Positions 18,852 through 29,034 of a DNA stretch of 64,000 nucleotides are shown one piece after another. This stretch comes from an uncultured Aliarcobacter sp. (lineage in GTDB: Bacteria; Campylobacterota; Campylobacteria; Campylobacterales; Arcobacteraceae), in NCBI GenBank assembly GCA_963677435.1, contig OY781945.1, positions 1,856,001-1,920,000 on the forward strand, given 5' to 3'. Position 1 is the stretch's first letter, and the number at the start of each line of letters is the position of its first letter. The position numbers were made by a program, and so were the translations under genes. Under the pieces are notes generated by a model. That model saw only the letters and a program-made list of their open reading frames with translations. It was not told the DNA's origin and did not search any database.

Positions 18852-20969
18852 ATGATAGAAAATATATTAAAAAGAAATGGCACAAAACAAGAATTTGAAT
18901 CTTATAAAATAGAAGACGCAGTAAAAAAAGCATTTAAAAGTGTAAATATTCAATATGATATTTCTATATTTTTTAATGTTTTGTTTGAAATAAAACAAAA
19001 AAGATTAGTTGCAGTTGAAGATATACAAGATATTATTGAAAAAGAGTTATTTAAAGCTAGATACTTTGATGTAATGAAATCATTTATTTTATATAGACAT
19101 TTGCATAAAATCCAAAGGGAACAAATCTTACAAATTGAAAATGATACTACTTATATAAACTCAACACAAACCATTCAAGAGTACATAAATGGAAGTGATT
19201 GGAGAATAAAAGCAAATTCAAATACAGGATATTCCCATGCAGGACTTATTAATAATAGTGCCGGAAAAGTAATTGCTAATTATTGGCTGGATAAGGTTTA
19301 TTCAAAAGAAGAAGGATACGCCCATAGAAACGCTGATTATCATATACATGATTTAGATTGTTTAAGTGGATATTGTGCTGGTTGGTCTTTGAGGGTTTTA
19401 CTTGATGAGGGATTTAATAAAGTAAGAGGAAGAGTTGAAAGCGCTGCTCCTAATCATTTTAGAGAAGCTTTAGGGCAAATGGCAAATTTTTTGGGAATTT
19501 TGCAAAGTGAATGGGCAGGTGCTCAAGCTTTTAGTAGTTTTGATACTTATTTAGCTCCTTATGTTTTTAAAGATAATTTATCTTATAAAGAGATCAAAAA
19601 AGCTGTTAGGTCTTTTATTTACAATTTAAATGTTCCTGCGCGTTGGGGACAAAGTCCTTTTACAAATATTACAATTGATTGGACAGTTCCTGCTGATTTA
19701 AAAGATCAAATTCCAACACGAAACCAAAAACATCTTTTTAAAGATTTCCACAATGATGAATTATTAGAAAAAATCAAAGAAAAAGGCTATAAATCATTTG
19801 AAGAACTAACATATAAAGATTTCCAAAAACAGATGAATCAAATAAACAAAGCTTATTATGAAATAATGACACAAGGTGATAAAACAGGGCAACCTTTTAC
19901 TTTTCCAATTCCAACTGTTAATATCACTGAAGATTTTGATTGGTATGGTGAAAATACAGATGTTTTATTCGAAAATACAGCAAAAATAGGAAGTTCATAT
20001 TTTCAAAATTTTATAGGAAGCCAATATTTAAAAGATGAAAATGGTAATTTAATAGAAAATGAAAAAGCTTATAAACCAGGTCATGTGCGTTCTATGTGTT
20101 GCAGATTACAACTTGATTTAAGAGAACTTCTAAAACGTGGAGGTGGTCTTTTTGGTTCAGCTGAAATGACTGGAAGTATTGGAGTTGTAACTATTAATAT
20201 GGCAAGACTTGGATATTTATATAAAAGTGATATAAATGCTTTACTTCTTAGGATTGAAGAGTTAATGGAATTAGCAAAATCAACCCTTGAAAAGAAAAGA
20301 GTATTTGTAAAAGATATGTATGATAGAGGGCTTTATCCTTATACAAAAAGGTATTTACCTAATTTTAATAACCATTTTTCTACTATTGGTGTAAATGGAA
20401 TGAATGAAATGATTAAAAACTATTTTGGAGAAAATATAGATATCTCTTCTAGTATTGGCAATCAATTTTGTTTAGAAATTTTAGATTTTATGAGAGATAA
20501 AATGATTAAATTCCAAGAAGAAACTGGGAATTTATATAATCTTGAAGCAACACCAGCAGAGGGTACAACTTATAGATTTGCTAAAGAAGATAAAAAAAGA
20601 TACAAAGATATTATTCAAGCAGGAATTGCTAAAAATGTCTATTACACCAACTCTTCACAACTTCCCGTTGATTACACAGACGATCCTTTTGAGGCATTAA
20701 CACTGCAAGATGAATTACAATGTAAATATACAGGAGGAACAGTCTTGCATTTATATATGAATGAGAGAATATCATCAATAGATGCTTGTAGAAAATTTGT
20801 AAAAAATACTATCACAAACTTTAGATTGCCATATATTACTATAACACCGCTTTTTTCAGTTTGTGAAATTCATGGCTATTTAACTGGTGAGCATGAGTAT
20901 TGCCCAAAATGCGATGAAGAAATCTTAAAAAAGGAGTTAGAAAATGATAAAAAAACAAGAATTGCTTGA
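18852..20969 (+). CDS. nrdD: Class III ribonucleoside-triphosphate reductase large subunit, lacking the C-terminal glycyl-radical segment
   Basis: N-terminal ATP cone, HIHDL, SMCCRL finger loop, LEATPAEG, YTGGT, and a CxxH...CPxC Zn site. No RVxGY motif in this frame. Confidence 0.93.
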   Translation: MIENILKRNGTKQEFESYKIEDAVKKAFKSVNIQYDISIFFNVLFEIKQKRLVAVEDIQDIIEKELFKARYFDVMKSFILYRHLHKIQREQILQIENDTTYINSTQTIQEYINGSDWRIKANSNTGYSHAGLINNSAGKVIANYWLDKVYSKEEGYAHRNADYHIHDLDCLSGYCAGWSLRVLLDEGFNKVRGRVESAAPNHFREALGQMANFLGILQSEWAGAQAFSSFDTYLAPYVFKDNLSYKEIKKAVRSFIYNLNVPARWGQSPFTNITIDWTVPADLKDQIPTRNQKHLFKDFHNDELLEKIKEKGYKSFEELTYKDFQKQMNQINKAYYEIMTQGDKTGQPFTFPIPTVNITEDFDWYGENTDVLFENTAKIGSSYFQNFIGSQYLKDENGNLIENEKAYKPGHVRSMCCRLQLDLRELLKRGGGLFGSAEMTGSIGVVTINMARLGYLYKSDINALLLRIEELMELAKSTLEKKRVFVKDMYDRGLYPYTKRYLPNFNNHFSTIGVNGMNEMIKNYFGENIDISSSIGNQFCLEILDFMRDKMIKFQEETGNLYNLEATPAEGTTYRFAKEDKKRYKDIIQAGIAKNVYYTNSSQLPVDYTDDPFEALTLQDELQCKYTGGTVLHLYMNERISSIDACRKFVKNTITNFRLPYITITPLFSVCEIHGYLTGEHEYCPKCDEEILKKELENDKKTRIA

Positions 20970-21111
20970 GAAAAATAGCGAAAAAAGAACAAAGTGTATG
21001 GTTTATACTAGGGTTATGGGTTACCATAGACCAGTTGAAAGTTTTAATATAGGAAAAAAAGGTGAACACAATCAAAGAATTAAATTCATTGAATCAAAAG
21101 ATTGTATATGA
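20944..21111 (+). CDS. Separate 55-aa glycyl-radical peptide of NrdD
   Basis: Read by hand: MIKKQELLEKNSEKRTKCMVYTRVMGYHRPVESFNIGKKGEHNQRIKFIESKDCI. Contains RVMGY and has its own AAGGAG RBS. Absent from the ORF track. Confidence 0.88.
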   Translation: MIKKQELLEKNSEKRTKCMVYTRVMGYHRPVESFNIGKKGEHNQRIKFIESKDCI

Positions 21112-21766
21112 TTTAACTAAATTTACAACAACAGATTATGTGGGACAACTCTCTTGCATAATTTGGTTTGTTTCTTGTAATTTTAGATGTTTGTATTGTT
21201 ATAATGATAATATTATTTATACAAAAGAGGGAAAATACTCTCAAAATGATATTTTAGATTTTTTAAAAACAAGAGTTGGATTATTAGATTCTGTAGTTTT
21301 ATCAGGTGGAGAAGCGACAGTTCATAATGTTATACCAATTTGCAAAGAGATAAAAAAACTTGGTTTTAAAATAAAACTTGATACAAATGCTACTAATCTA
21401 AAACAAATAAAAGAGCTTATAAATTTGAATTTATTAGATTATATTGCTATTGATTTTAAAGCACCAAAATACAAATTTAAAGAACTTACAGGTGTAAGTA
21501 TCTATAATAATAGTATTAAGACTATACAATATTTAATAAACATAGATTTTAACTTTGAACTTAGATCCACTATAAATTCATCACTTTTGGATGAAAATGA
21601 TATAAATGAGATGATAAAAATTATAAAAGAGTTAAACTATAAAAATATTTACTATCTTCAAAATTTTCTCGAAACCACTTCTAATATAGGGAATATTCCC
21701 AAAGCCCAAGATATAGATAAAAGTAAAATAAATCCTTTAGGTTTAATCATTCAATACAGAAATTAA
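21062..21766 (+). CDS. nrdG: Anaerobic RNR activating radical-SAM enzyme
   Basis: CNFRCLYCYN, VVLSGGEAT, KLDTN; follows nrdD. Confidence 0.92.
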   Translation: MNTIKELNSLNQKIVYDLTKFTTTDYVGQLSCIIWFVSCNFRCLYCYNDNIIYTKEGKYSQNDILDFLKTRVGLLDSVVLSGGEATVHNVIPICKEIKKLGFKIKLDTNATNLKQIKELINLNLLDYIAIDFKAPKYKFKELTGVSIYNNSIKTIQYLINIDFNFELRSTINSSLLDENDINEMIKIIKELNYKNIYYLQNFLETTSNIGNIPKAQDIDKSKINPLGLIIQYRN

Positions 21767-22423
21767 ATACCCTTGAGAAGATATATTTTCTATTAAATCT
21801 TTTGAGGTTTTTAGTCTTAATCTTTTAATAAAAGTTCGTAATCTTTCATCATTTACCTCTTCACTCCATAAAGATTCTTTGATTACAGTGCTTGAAACTA
21901 TGCTGTTTTTATTTTTTATGAGAAGATGAAAAAACTCTTTTTCTCTTTTTGTAAGAGTTATTAAAACCATTTTTTTATACAAAGACATAGAGTTATTATC
22001 AAAAATATACTCATCTTTTAAATTAACTCTTTTTTGTTTGTTTAATTTTGGTGCAATTTTGTTTATGTGTTCTATTACTTCTTCTGGATCAAAAGGTTTT
22101 ATAAAATATTTACTTATTCCTAAATCAATAGCTTTTAAAAGTTTTTCCTTTTCAGAGTGGGCACTTAATACTATAATTGGTATAAACTCATCCAATTCTT
22201 TTATTTTTTGAGTCATTTGTAAACCATCACAAATGGGCATCATAATATCTGTAATTATAATATCAGGTTTAAAAATTTGAAATTTTTTTAATCCCTCTTC
22301 ACCATCTTTTGCAATTACAACAGAAAAAAATGAGTCAGATATCGCATCTTTTAGTAGTTGTGCTAATCTTTTTTCATCTTCTACAATTAGAATTTTTAAT
22401 GTTTTTAATAACTCTTTATTCAT
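21743..22423 (-). CDS. OmpR-family response regulator
   Basis: ILIVEDE, TDIMMP and KPF receiver motifs, plus a winged-helix C-terminus (LRTFIKRLRLK...GY). Confidence 0.92.
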   Translation of the reverse strand: MNKELLKTLKILIVEDEKRLAQLLKDAISDSFFSVVIAKDGEEGLKKFQIFKPDIIITDIMMPICDGLQMTQKIKELDEFIPIIVLSAHSEKEKLLKAIDLGISKYFIKPFDPEEVIEHINKIAPKLNKQKRVNLKDEYIFDNNSMSLYKKMVLITLTKREKEFFHLLIKNKNSIVSSTVIKESLWSEEVNDERLRTFIKRLRLKTSKDLIENISSQGYLISVLND

Positions 22424-22426
22424 CTC

Positions 22427-23641
22427 TTAACCTAATAATAATTTTATGCTAAAAATAGAACCATCATCACAATTTTCATGACTTAATTCACCTTCTAAAC
22501 TTTTTTCAATAATCATTTTAGACATAAAAAGTCCAAGACCTGTGCCTTGACTTTTATATTTTGTTGTAAAATAGGGGTCAAATATCTTATCAATATTCTC
22601 TTTACTTATTCCACCTGCATTATCTTTTATTTCAAGTAAGGCATATTTTTTATCTAAAATTTGCTTTTGTTTTAGTGTAATTATAATAGTTCTATTTGTT
22701 ATACCATTTTGAACAAAGGCATCTTTTGAATTTTGAATTAGGTTTATAATCACTTGAGAAAGCTCGTTTAATACGCCAATTACTTTATATTTAATTGGAA
22801 CATCTATTTGAATATGAATATTTTCTAATTCTATTACTTTTCTTAAAATTACTAAAGCTTCATTTATAGCATCTTTTATTTCAAAACTCTTTTTCTCTTT
22901 TTGTGGTTTAAAGAAGTTCGTAAAATCATCTATTGTTGAAGACATACTTAGGATTAAAGTTTTACTCTCTTTATATAATTCATCAACTTTTTTTTCATTA
23001 TTATTCATAGAAGCTTTTTTCATATTAAAAAGTGTGAGATTAAGTTCAGTTAATGGCTGTCTCCATTGATGTGCAATATTTGCTAACATTTGCCCTAGAC
23101 TTGCCATTCTTGATTGCCAAAATAGAAGTTTTTGTTTCTCTTCATTTTTTTTAATCTCTTCAATTACTCTTTTTTCTAGAGTTTTATTCAACTCTTTTAA
23201 TTGTTTTGTTTGTTCTTTTACTTTTATTTCTAGATTTAAATTTAACTGCTCAAGCTCTTTCTCTTTTAATTCTAGTCTTTTTTTGAGTTCAACTTCAGAA
23301 GTTACATCATATCTAATTGCTATAAACTCAATAATATTTCCATTTAGGTCTAAAATAGGGGTTATTGTTGTATTTAAATAGACAGTTTCTTTATTTTTTG
23401 TTAGATTTTTTACAGTTGCTTTATAAGATTTTTTCTCAAGGATTGTTTCCCAAAGAGTTTCAAAGTTTGAAGTTGGCACTTCTGGATGTCTTACGATATT
23501 GTGGTTTTGACCAATCAATTCATCATAAGAGTATCCAGAAATTTTACAAAACTCATCATTTACAAAAGTTATAATTCCATTTATATCAGTTTTTGATACG
23601 ATATTTGAATTTTCAATTGCTTCTTGATAAGGATTGCTCAT
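22427..23641 (-). CDS. Cytoplasmic PAS-domain sensor histidine kinase
   Basis: Aer/NifL-like PAS (NHNIVRHP...W), H-box IAHQWRQPL, DNAGG, FTTK, GTGLGL; no TM segment. Confidence 0.92.
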   Translation of the reverse strand: MSNPYQEAIENSNIVSKTDINGIITFVNDEFCKISGYSYDELIGQNHNIVRHPEVPTSNFETLWETILEKKSYKATVKNLTKNKETVYLNTTITPILDLNGNIIEFIAIRYDVTSEVELKKRLELKEKELEQLNLNLEIKVKEQTKQLKELNKTLEKRVIEEIKKNEEKQKLLFWQSRMASLGQMLANIAHQWRQPLTELNLTLFNMKKASMNNNEKKVDELYKESKTLILSMSSTIDDFTNFFKPQKEKKSFEIKDAINEALVILRKVIELENIHIQIDVPIKYKVIGVLNELSQVIINLIQNSKDAFVQNGITNRTIIITLKQKQILDKKYALLEIKDNAGGISKENIDKIFDPYFTTKYKSQGTGLGLFMSKMIIEKSLEGELSHENCDDGSIFSIKLLLG

Positions 23642-23644
23642 TTT

Positions 23645-24619
23645 TTATTGTTTTCTTAAAAGTTCACAAACTTCTTTTGCATGATAAGAGATGATAATAT
23701 TTGCACCAGCTCTTTTAAAAGCAATCATAGTTTCCATCATAACTCTTTCATAATCAATTAATCCAGCAATTCCTGCGTGTTTAAGCATTGCATATTCACC
23801 ACTTACATTATACACACATAAAGGAAGATTTGTTTGATTTCTTATGTCTCTTACAATATCTAAAAATGCAAGAGCTGGTTTTACCATTAAAATATCTGCA
23901 CCTTCTTTTTCATCTTCAAGTGATTCTTCAATAGCTTCTAGTCTATTTGCTGGATTCATTTGATAAGTTCTTCTATCTCCAAAAGATGGAGTTGATTCAG
24001 CAACATCTCTAAATGGTCCATAATATCCACTTGCAAATTTTGTAGAATAAGCCATGATAGGAAGATTTCTAAATCCATTTTCATCTAAAGCATTTCTAAG
24101 TGTTGTAATAATTCCATCCATCATTCCAGATGGTGCAATCATATCAGCACCGGCTCTTGCGTGAACTAATGCTTGTTGTGCTGAAATTTCTAATGTTTTA
24201 TCATTATCAACACTTCCAGTTTTTGGATCTAAAATTCCACAATGTCCATGGTCTGTGTATTCACAAAAACATAAATCAGTTACGATGAACATTTGAGGAA
24301 ATTTCTCTTTAATAGCTTTTATTGTTCGTGCAATTATGCTTTCATTACATAAACATTCACTTCCAACAGAATCTTTTACATCTGGAATTGCAAATAATAT
24401 AATTGATTTTAAATTAATACTTACTAGGTATTCACACTCTTTTAAAATTTCATCAATACTCATTTGATAAACACCTGGCATTGAAGCAACTTCTGTTTTT
24501 ATACCACTTCCTTCTCTTACAAATAATGGATAGATGAAATCATCAGCACTTACTGTCGTTTCTTGAACCAAATTTCTTAAAGTTTCATTTATTCTTAGTC
24601 TTCTAAATCGTTTAAACAT
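23645..24619 (-). CDS. hemB: Porphobilinogen synthase
   Basis: [33 protein letters not shown]. Confidence 0.97.
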   Translation of the reverse strand: MFKRFRRLRINETLRNLVQETTVSADDFIYPLFVREGSGIKTEVASMPGVYQMSIDEILKECEYLVSINLKSIILFAIPDVKDSVGSECLCNESIIARTIKAIKEKFPQMFIVTDLCFCEYTDHGHCGILDPKTGSVDNDKTLEISAQQALVHARAGADMIAPSGMMDGIITTLRNALDENGFRNLPIMAYSTKFASGYYGPFRDVAESTPSFGDRRTYQMNPANRLEAIEESLEDEKEGADILMVKPALAFLDIVRDIRNQTNLPLCVYNVSGEYAMLKHAGIAGLIDYERVMMETMIAFKRAGANIIISYHAKEVCELLRKQ

Positions 24620-24678
24620 TCTATTTACCTCTTTTGGTTATAATCTTCGGATTTTAACAGTTTAAGGTTTAAATACAA

Positions 24679-25254
24679 ATGAATATAATACAATCAAATA
24701 TAGCCAATTTACCAACAAAATATGGAAAATTTAAAATAAAAGCTTACAAAGACGGAACTCAAGAACATTTAGCAATAATGAGTCAAGATTTTGAAAATAT
24801 TGATGCTCCATATGTGAGAATTCACTCAGAGTGCCTAACAGGCGACACACTTGGCAGTTTAAAGTGTGATTGTCAAAATCAATTAGATTTATCATTAAAA
24901 TTTATTGCTCGTGAGGGTGGTTTAGTAATTTACCATAGACAAGAGGGTAGAAATATCGGTTTAGTAAATAAAGTAAATGCTTACGCACTGCAAGACCAAG
25001 GTCGAAATACAATTCAAGCAAATTTAGAATTAGGTTTTAAAGAAGATGAACGAGATTACTCTATTGTTGGACATATCTTTAAAGATTTAGGAGTGGAAAA
25101 GTTGAAATTAATAACTAATAATCCTAAAAAAATAGACTATGTTGAATCTTTAGGAATTGAAATTGTTGAAAGAATTCCAGCAATTACACAATCAAATAAA
25201 TATAACGAAGGCTATTTGCAAACGAAAAAAGAGCAAATGGGACATATGCTTTAA
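24679..25254 (+). CDS. ribA: GTP cyclohydrolase II
   Basis: RIHSECLTGD..SLKCDC, QEGRNIGL, TNNPKK. Confidence 0.96.
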   Translation: MNIIQSNIANLPTKYGKFKIKAYKDGTQEHLAIMSQDFENIDAPYVRIHSECLTGDTLGSLKCDCQNQLDLSLKFIAREGGLVIYHRQEGRNIGLVNKVNAYALQDQGRNTIQANLELGFKEDERDYSIVGHIFKDLGVEKLKLITNNPKKIDYVESLGIEIVERIPAITQSNKYNEGYLQTKKEQMGHML

Positions 25255-25838
25255 TGATTTTAAAACAATTATTAGAAGAAAACAATCTTCATTTAGATGA
25301 TAAATTTTATGAAGATTGTGAAGTTTTTGTAAAACTATTACAACAGTGGGGGAAGGTTCATAATCTTAGTGGAAGACTTACAAAAAGTGATATTGAAGAG
25401 AATATTTTAGACTCTGTATATCCTTTAAAATTTATTAAGAATTATACAAGTTTTGCAGATATTGGAACAGGTGCTGGTTATCCTGGATTGATATTAGCAA
25501 TGGCTTTAAGGGATGTAAAATCTTACCTAATTGAGCCTAGAATCAAGAGAGTTTCATTTTTAAATTTTGTAAAAGCAACTTTAAAATTGGATAACTTGAC
25601 AGTACTTTGTAGTAGGGTAGAGCAGGTTAAAGATTTACAAGTTGAGTTAATAACTTCACGAGCTGTTACTAATACTTCATTACTTTTAGATATTACAAAA
25701 AATATCAAAAAAGAGAATAGTTCATACCTTTTTTATAAAGGTTCTGTACTTGAAAATGAAATAGAAATAGCAAACTTAAATACTTACAAAATAGTAAATA
25801 GAAAAGATAGAAACTATCTTTATATAGAAGGTAAATAA
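25254..25838 (+). CDS. rsmG: 16S rRNA m7G527 methyltransferase
   Basis: HNLS, DIGTGAGYPG, TSRAV, YKG. Confidence 0.93.
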   Translation: MILKQLLEENNLHLDDKFYEDCEVFVKLLQQWGKVHNLSGRLTKSDIEENILDSVYPLKFIKNYTSFADIGTGAGYPGLILAMALRDVKSYLIEPRIKRVSFLNFVKATLKLDNLTVLCSRVEQVKDLQVELITSRAVTNTSLLLDITKNIKKENSSYLFYKGSVLENEIEIANLNTYKIVNRKDRNYLYIEGK

Positions 25839-26056
25839 TGGTTTTAAAAATTATAATAGTTGCAATATTGGCTTTTTTAGCTTATATTTTACTATTTAAA
25901 AAAAGTAGAGAAAAAGAGATTTTTTCTAAAAAAAATGAAAAAATCACAGATGAAATGGTTGAATGTCCCACTTGTAAAACATATGTTTCTCAAAAAGAGG
26001 CAATTATTAGTAATGGGAAATTTTATTGCTCTAAAGAGTGTTTAGAAAACAAATAA
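25838..26056 (+). CDS. PP0621-like small Cys-rich membrane protein
   Basis: TM segment then MVECPTCKTYV...YCSKEC. Confidence 0.75.
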   Translation: MVLKIIIVAILAFLAYILLFKKSREKEIFSKKNEKITDEMVECPTCKTYVSQKEAIISNGKFYCSKECLENK

Positions 26057-26066
26057 GGATAATAAA

Positions 26067-26438
26067 GTGATAATTATCGGTGATAATTTAATTCCTTTTG
26101 AAGATTTAAAATATATTCAAAATATTGAAAATATTAAGAATAGTAAAGCAAATTCAACTGTAATATTTAATTATAATGAAGAAGTTTTGAAATATTGTTA
26201 TGAAAATGAAATATCTTCAGCTGTTGTTGTAGCTTCAATAAAAGAGGCTATTTATTGTAATAGTTTAAATGTTAAATATATAATTTCAGAAAAAAATGTG
26301 GCTATTCAAGTACAGAAAATTGCTGATAATTATATGTATGATTCAAAAAATCTAGCAATAATTGATTCAAATGAAGAGTTTGAGAAAATAGCAAATGATG
26401 AAATTGATGGTGTTATTTATAGAAAGTTGACTAAATAA
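26067..26438 (+). CDS. Hypothetical protein
   Basis: 123-aa ORF with AAGGA RBS, in the operon. Confidence 0.7.
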   Translation: MIIIGDNLIPFEDLKYIQNIENIKNSKANSTVIFNYNEEVLKYCYENEISSAVVVASIKEAIYCNSLNVKYIISEKNVAIQVQKIADNYMYDSKNLAIIDSNEEFEKIANDEIDGVIYRKLTK

Positions 26439-26440
26439 AT

Positions 26441-26785
26441 ATGATAAAAAAGATTATATTAATATTTTCTTTTTGTATTTACTCTTTTGCTTGTAGTGGA
26501 GATTGTATGGCTTGCCATCCTGTTCTAAAAGAGTCAATAAAAGAAAAACATCATCAAGTATTAACTACTTGTATTGCATGTCATACTAAAACTCCTGCAA
26601 CTATGGTTGAGTGTGGTGGAGATTGTTTTGCTTGTCACTCTCAAAACAAATTAATAGAATCAAATAGAATAGAACATCAAAACCTTGCATCTTGCAAAGA
26701 ATGTCATATAAATAAAGAGGATTTGTTTAAAAACTCTTCATTAAACGGTGGTTCAACTTTGATGGATTTACTAAAAAATAAGTGA
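26441..26785 (+). CDS. Small exported tetraheme c-type cytochrome
   Basis: Signal-peptide-like N-terminus and four CxxCH motifs (CMACH, CIACH, CFACH, CKECH). Confidence 0.8.
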   Translation: MIKKIILIFSFCIYSFACSGDCMACHPVLKESIKEKHHQVLTTCIACHTKTPATMVECGGDCFACHSQNKLIESNRIEHQNLASCKECHINKEDLFKNSSLNGGSTLMDLLKNK

Positions 26786-26833
26786 TTTTTGGCTAAAATA
26801 ATCACCTTTTAATAGATAAAACTTAGGATAAAT

Positions 26834-26989
26834 GTGAAAGATATATTAGACACAATAATACTTGTTATGTTCGTTATTATGGTTGCAATGTTTATAATCA
26901 ACTTTAATAGACAACAAATAAAAAAACATACAGACAAAATTGAAGAAAATGAAAAAAAGAACTCAAACAAGGATAAAATAGATGAATAA
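26834..26989 (+). CDS. Small single-TM protein (51 aa) overlapping the glyS start
   Basis: Read by hand: AGGA RBS, GTG start, MKDILDTIILVMFVIMVAMFIINFNRQQIKKH...; stop overlaps the glyS 5' end. Confidence 0.6.
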   Translation: MKDILDTIILVMFVIMVAMFIINFNRQQIKKHTDKIEENEKKNSNKDKIDE

Positions 26990-28997
26990 ACCATTATTAA
27001 TTGAGATTGGTGTAGAAGAATTACCAGCGATTCCATTTTTAAATGAATTACCAAATATTGAAAAAAAATGGAGTGATATATTAGAAAAAAATAGATTGCT
27101 TTGTGAATTTGATTTCTTTTATACACCAAGAAGATTAGTATTATGGCACAGAGAGTTTCAAGTGGCTCAAGAAAATTCAACTGTTGAGCAATATGGAGCA
27201 CCAGTTAAAATAGCTTATAAAGATGGTGTTCCAACAGGTGCTGCTATTAGTTTTGCTAATAAATGTGGTGTTGATGTAACTGCTTTGGATAAAATTGATT
27301 TAGGAAAAGGTGAAGTTCTTTATTTCAAACAAGATGTAATTGGAAGTGAGTCTAAAACTTTATTAAATGATATGGTTAATGAATTTATTCATTCATTAAA
27401 CTTTGGAAAATCAATGAGATGGGCAAGCCGAACTGATAGTTTTATCAGACCAATTAGAAGTTTATCTATTCTTTTAGGTGAAGAAATAGTTGATGCTGAA
27501 CTTTTTGGAGTTAAATCATCTAATTTTTCATTTGCTCATAGAATGGTTTCTTATGAACCATTTACTTACTCTTTTGCAGGGGATTATTTCTGTAAACTTG
27601 ATAAATATGGTGTGATTTTATATCCAGATGAAAGAAGAGAAAGAATTCTTTCTCAAATGAAAGATATAGAGCAAAGACATAATATCAAAATAGAGATTGA
27701 TACTGAGCTTTTAGAAGAAGTTGTGGCAATTACAGAGTATCCAACAGCTTTAATTGGTAAATTTGATGTTGAATTCTTAGAATTACCAGAAGAAGTAATT
27801 GTAACTTCTATGAAAGAGAATCAAAGATATTTTGCAGTTTACAAAGATGGAAAATTAACAAATAACTTTATTGTTGTTTCAAACTCTAAAACTGAAGATT
27901 TTGGTTATATTATTGCTGGAAATGAAAAAGTATTAAGACCAAGACTTGCAGATGCGATGTTCTTTTATAAAAATGACATTAAAAATGGTTTATCAAATGA
28001 GGGACTTAAAAAACTTGTTTTTGTTGAGGGTTTAGGTTCAACTTATGAAAAATGTGAAAGAGAAGCAAAAATAGCTTCTTATTTAGCTGATATTTTTGAT
28101 GTTAAAGAAAAAGAACTTTTACAAAAAGCTGTAATGCTTTCAAAAGCAGATTTAATGTCAGAAATGGTTTATGAGTTTACAGAACTTCAGGGACTTATGG
28201 GATATTACTATGCAAAAATTGCAGGAGAAGATGAATTAGTTTATACAGCTTTAAAAGAACAATATTTACCAGAGGGAGAAGACTCAGAACTTCCATCAAA
28301 TGTTTTTTCATCAATTGTTGCTTTATCAAATAAATTAGATAATTTAATGGGATTATTCAGTGTTGGCAAAATTCCAACAGGTTCAAAAGATCCTTTTGCA
28401 CTAAGACGAGCAGCAGCTGGAATTGTGAAAATTGCAATGGAGCATAAATTATCACTAGACTTATCTAAAATTATCGATGAGTTATTAATAAACTACAAAA
28501 ATTTAGATAAAAAAGTATTAGTAGAATTTTTTAATGAAAGACTATTTAAAATTTTTGAAGTAAATCCAACAGTATTAAAAGCAGTTCTAGCAAGTGGTGA
28601 GACAGATATTTATAAACTTTCTCAAAAAATTTGTGCATTAAATCCAATAGTTCAAAGTGATAACTTTAAAGAGTATGTAGCTACTTTTAAAAGGGTTGCA
28701 AATATTATAAAAGATGTTGATGTAAATACAAAACTTGCAATTGATGAAGATTTATTTGAAAACAATGAAGAAAAAGAGTTATATACAAAATATAATGAAG
28801 TAAGATTTAAATCATATGAAACTTATGATGAAGAATTAGAAGCATTATTTGCACTAAAGCCACAATTAGATAGTTTTTTCGATAATGTATTTGTAAATCA
28901 TGAAAATGAAAAAATTAAAACAAATAGAAAAAATCTTATTGGATTAGTATATCAAGGTTTTAGAAAAATTGCTGATATTAAAGAAATTACAATCTAA
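26982..28997 (+). CDS. glyS: Glycine--tRNA ligase beta subunit
   Basis: LLIEIGVEELP, TPRRL, KSMRW, EFTELQGLMG, PTGSKDPFALRR. Confidence 0.97.
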   Translation: MNKPLLIEIGVEELPAIPFLNELPNIEKKWSDILEKNRLLCEFDFFYTPRRLVLWHREFQVAQENSTVEQYGAPVKIAYKDGVPTGAAISFANKCGVDVTALDKIDLGKGEVLYFKQDVIGSESKTLLNDMVNEFIHSLNFGKSMRWASRTDSFIRPIRSLSILLGEEIVDAELFGVKSSNFSFAHRMVSYEPFTYSFAGDYFCKLDKYGVILYPDERRERILSQMKDIEQRHNIKIEIDTELLEEVVAITEYPTALIGKFDVEFLELPEEVIVTSMKENQRYFAVYKDGKLTNNFIVVSNSKTEDFGYIIAGNEKVLRPRLADAMFFYKNDIKNGLSNEGLKKLVFVEGLGSTYEKCEREAKIASYLADIFDVKEKELLQKAVMLSKADLMSEMVYEFTELQGLMGYYYAKIAGEDELVYTALKEQYLPEGEDSELPSNVFSSIVALSNKLDNLMGLFSVGKIPTGSKDPFALRRAAAGIVKIAMEHKLSLDLSKIIDELLINYKNLDKKVLVEFFNERLFKIFEVNPTVLKAVLASGETDIYKLSQKICALNPIVQSDNFKEYVATFKRVANIIKDVDVNTKLAIDEDLFENNEEKELYTKYNEVRFKSYETYDEELEALFALKPQLDSFFDNVFVNHENEKIKTNRKNLIGLVYQGFRKIADIKEITI

Positions 28998-29001
28998 TTG
29001 A

Positions 29002-29034
29002 TTTTATTTTTCGGAAAAATTCCGAAAAATAAAA
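29002..29034. terminator. Bidirectional intrinsic terminator
   Basis: TTTTATTTTTCGGAA-AAA-TTCCGAAAAATAAAA between glyS and the convergent tRNAs. Confidence 0.7.

Noticed and set aside
20949..20955. Programmed frameshift at the A7 run joining nrdD to the glycyl-radical ORF
   Set aside because: The small ORF has its own well-spaced AAGGAG RBS and ATG, so independent initiation is simpler; not fully excluded.
26809..27201. 130-aa minus-strand ORF
   Set aside because: Antisense to glyS and the small TM ORF, with no recognisable motifs.
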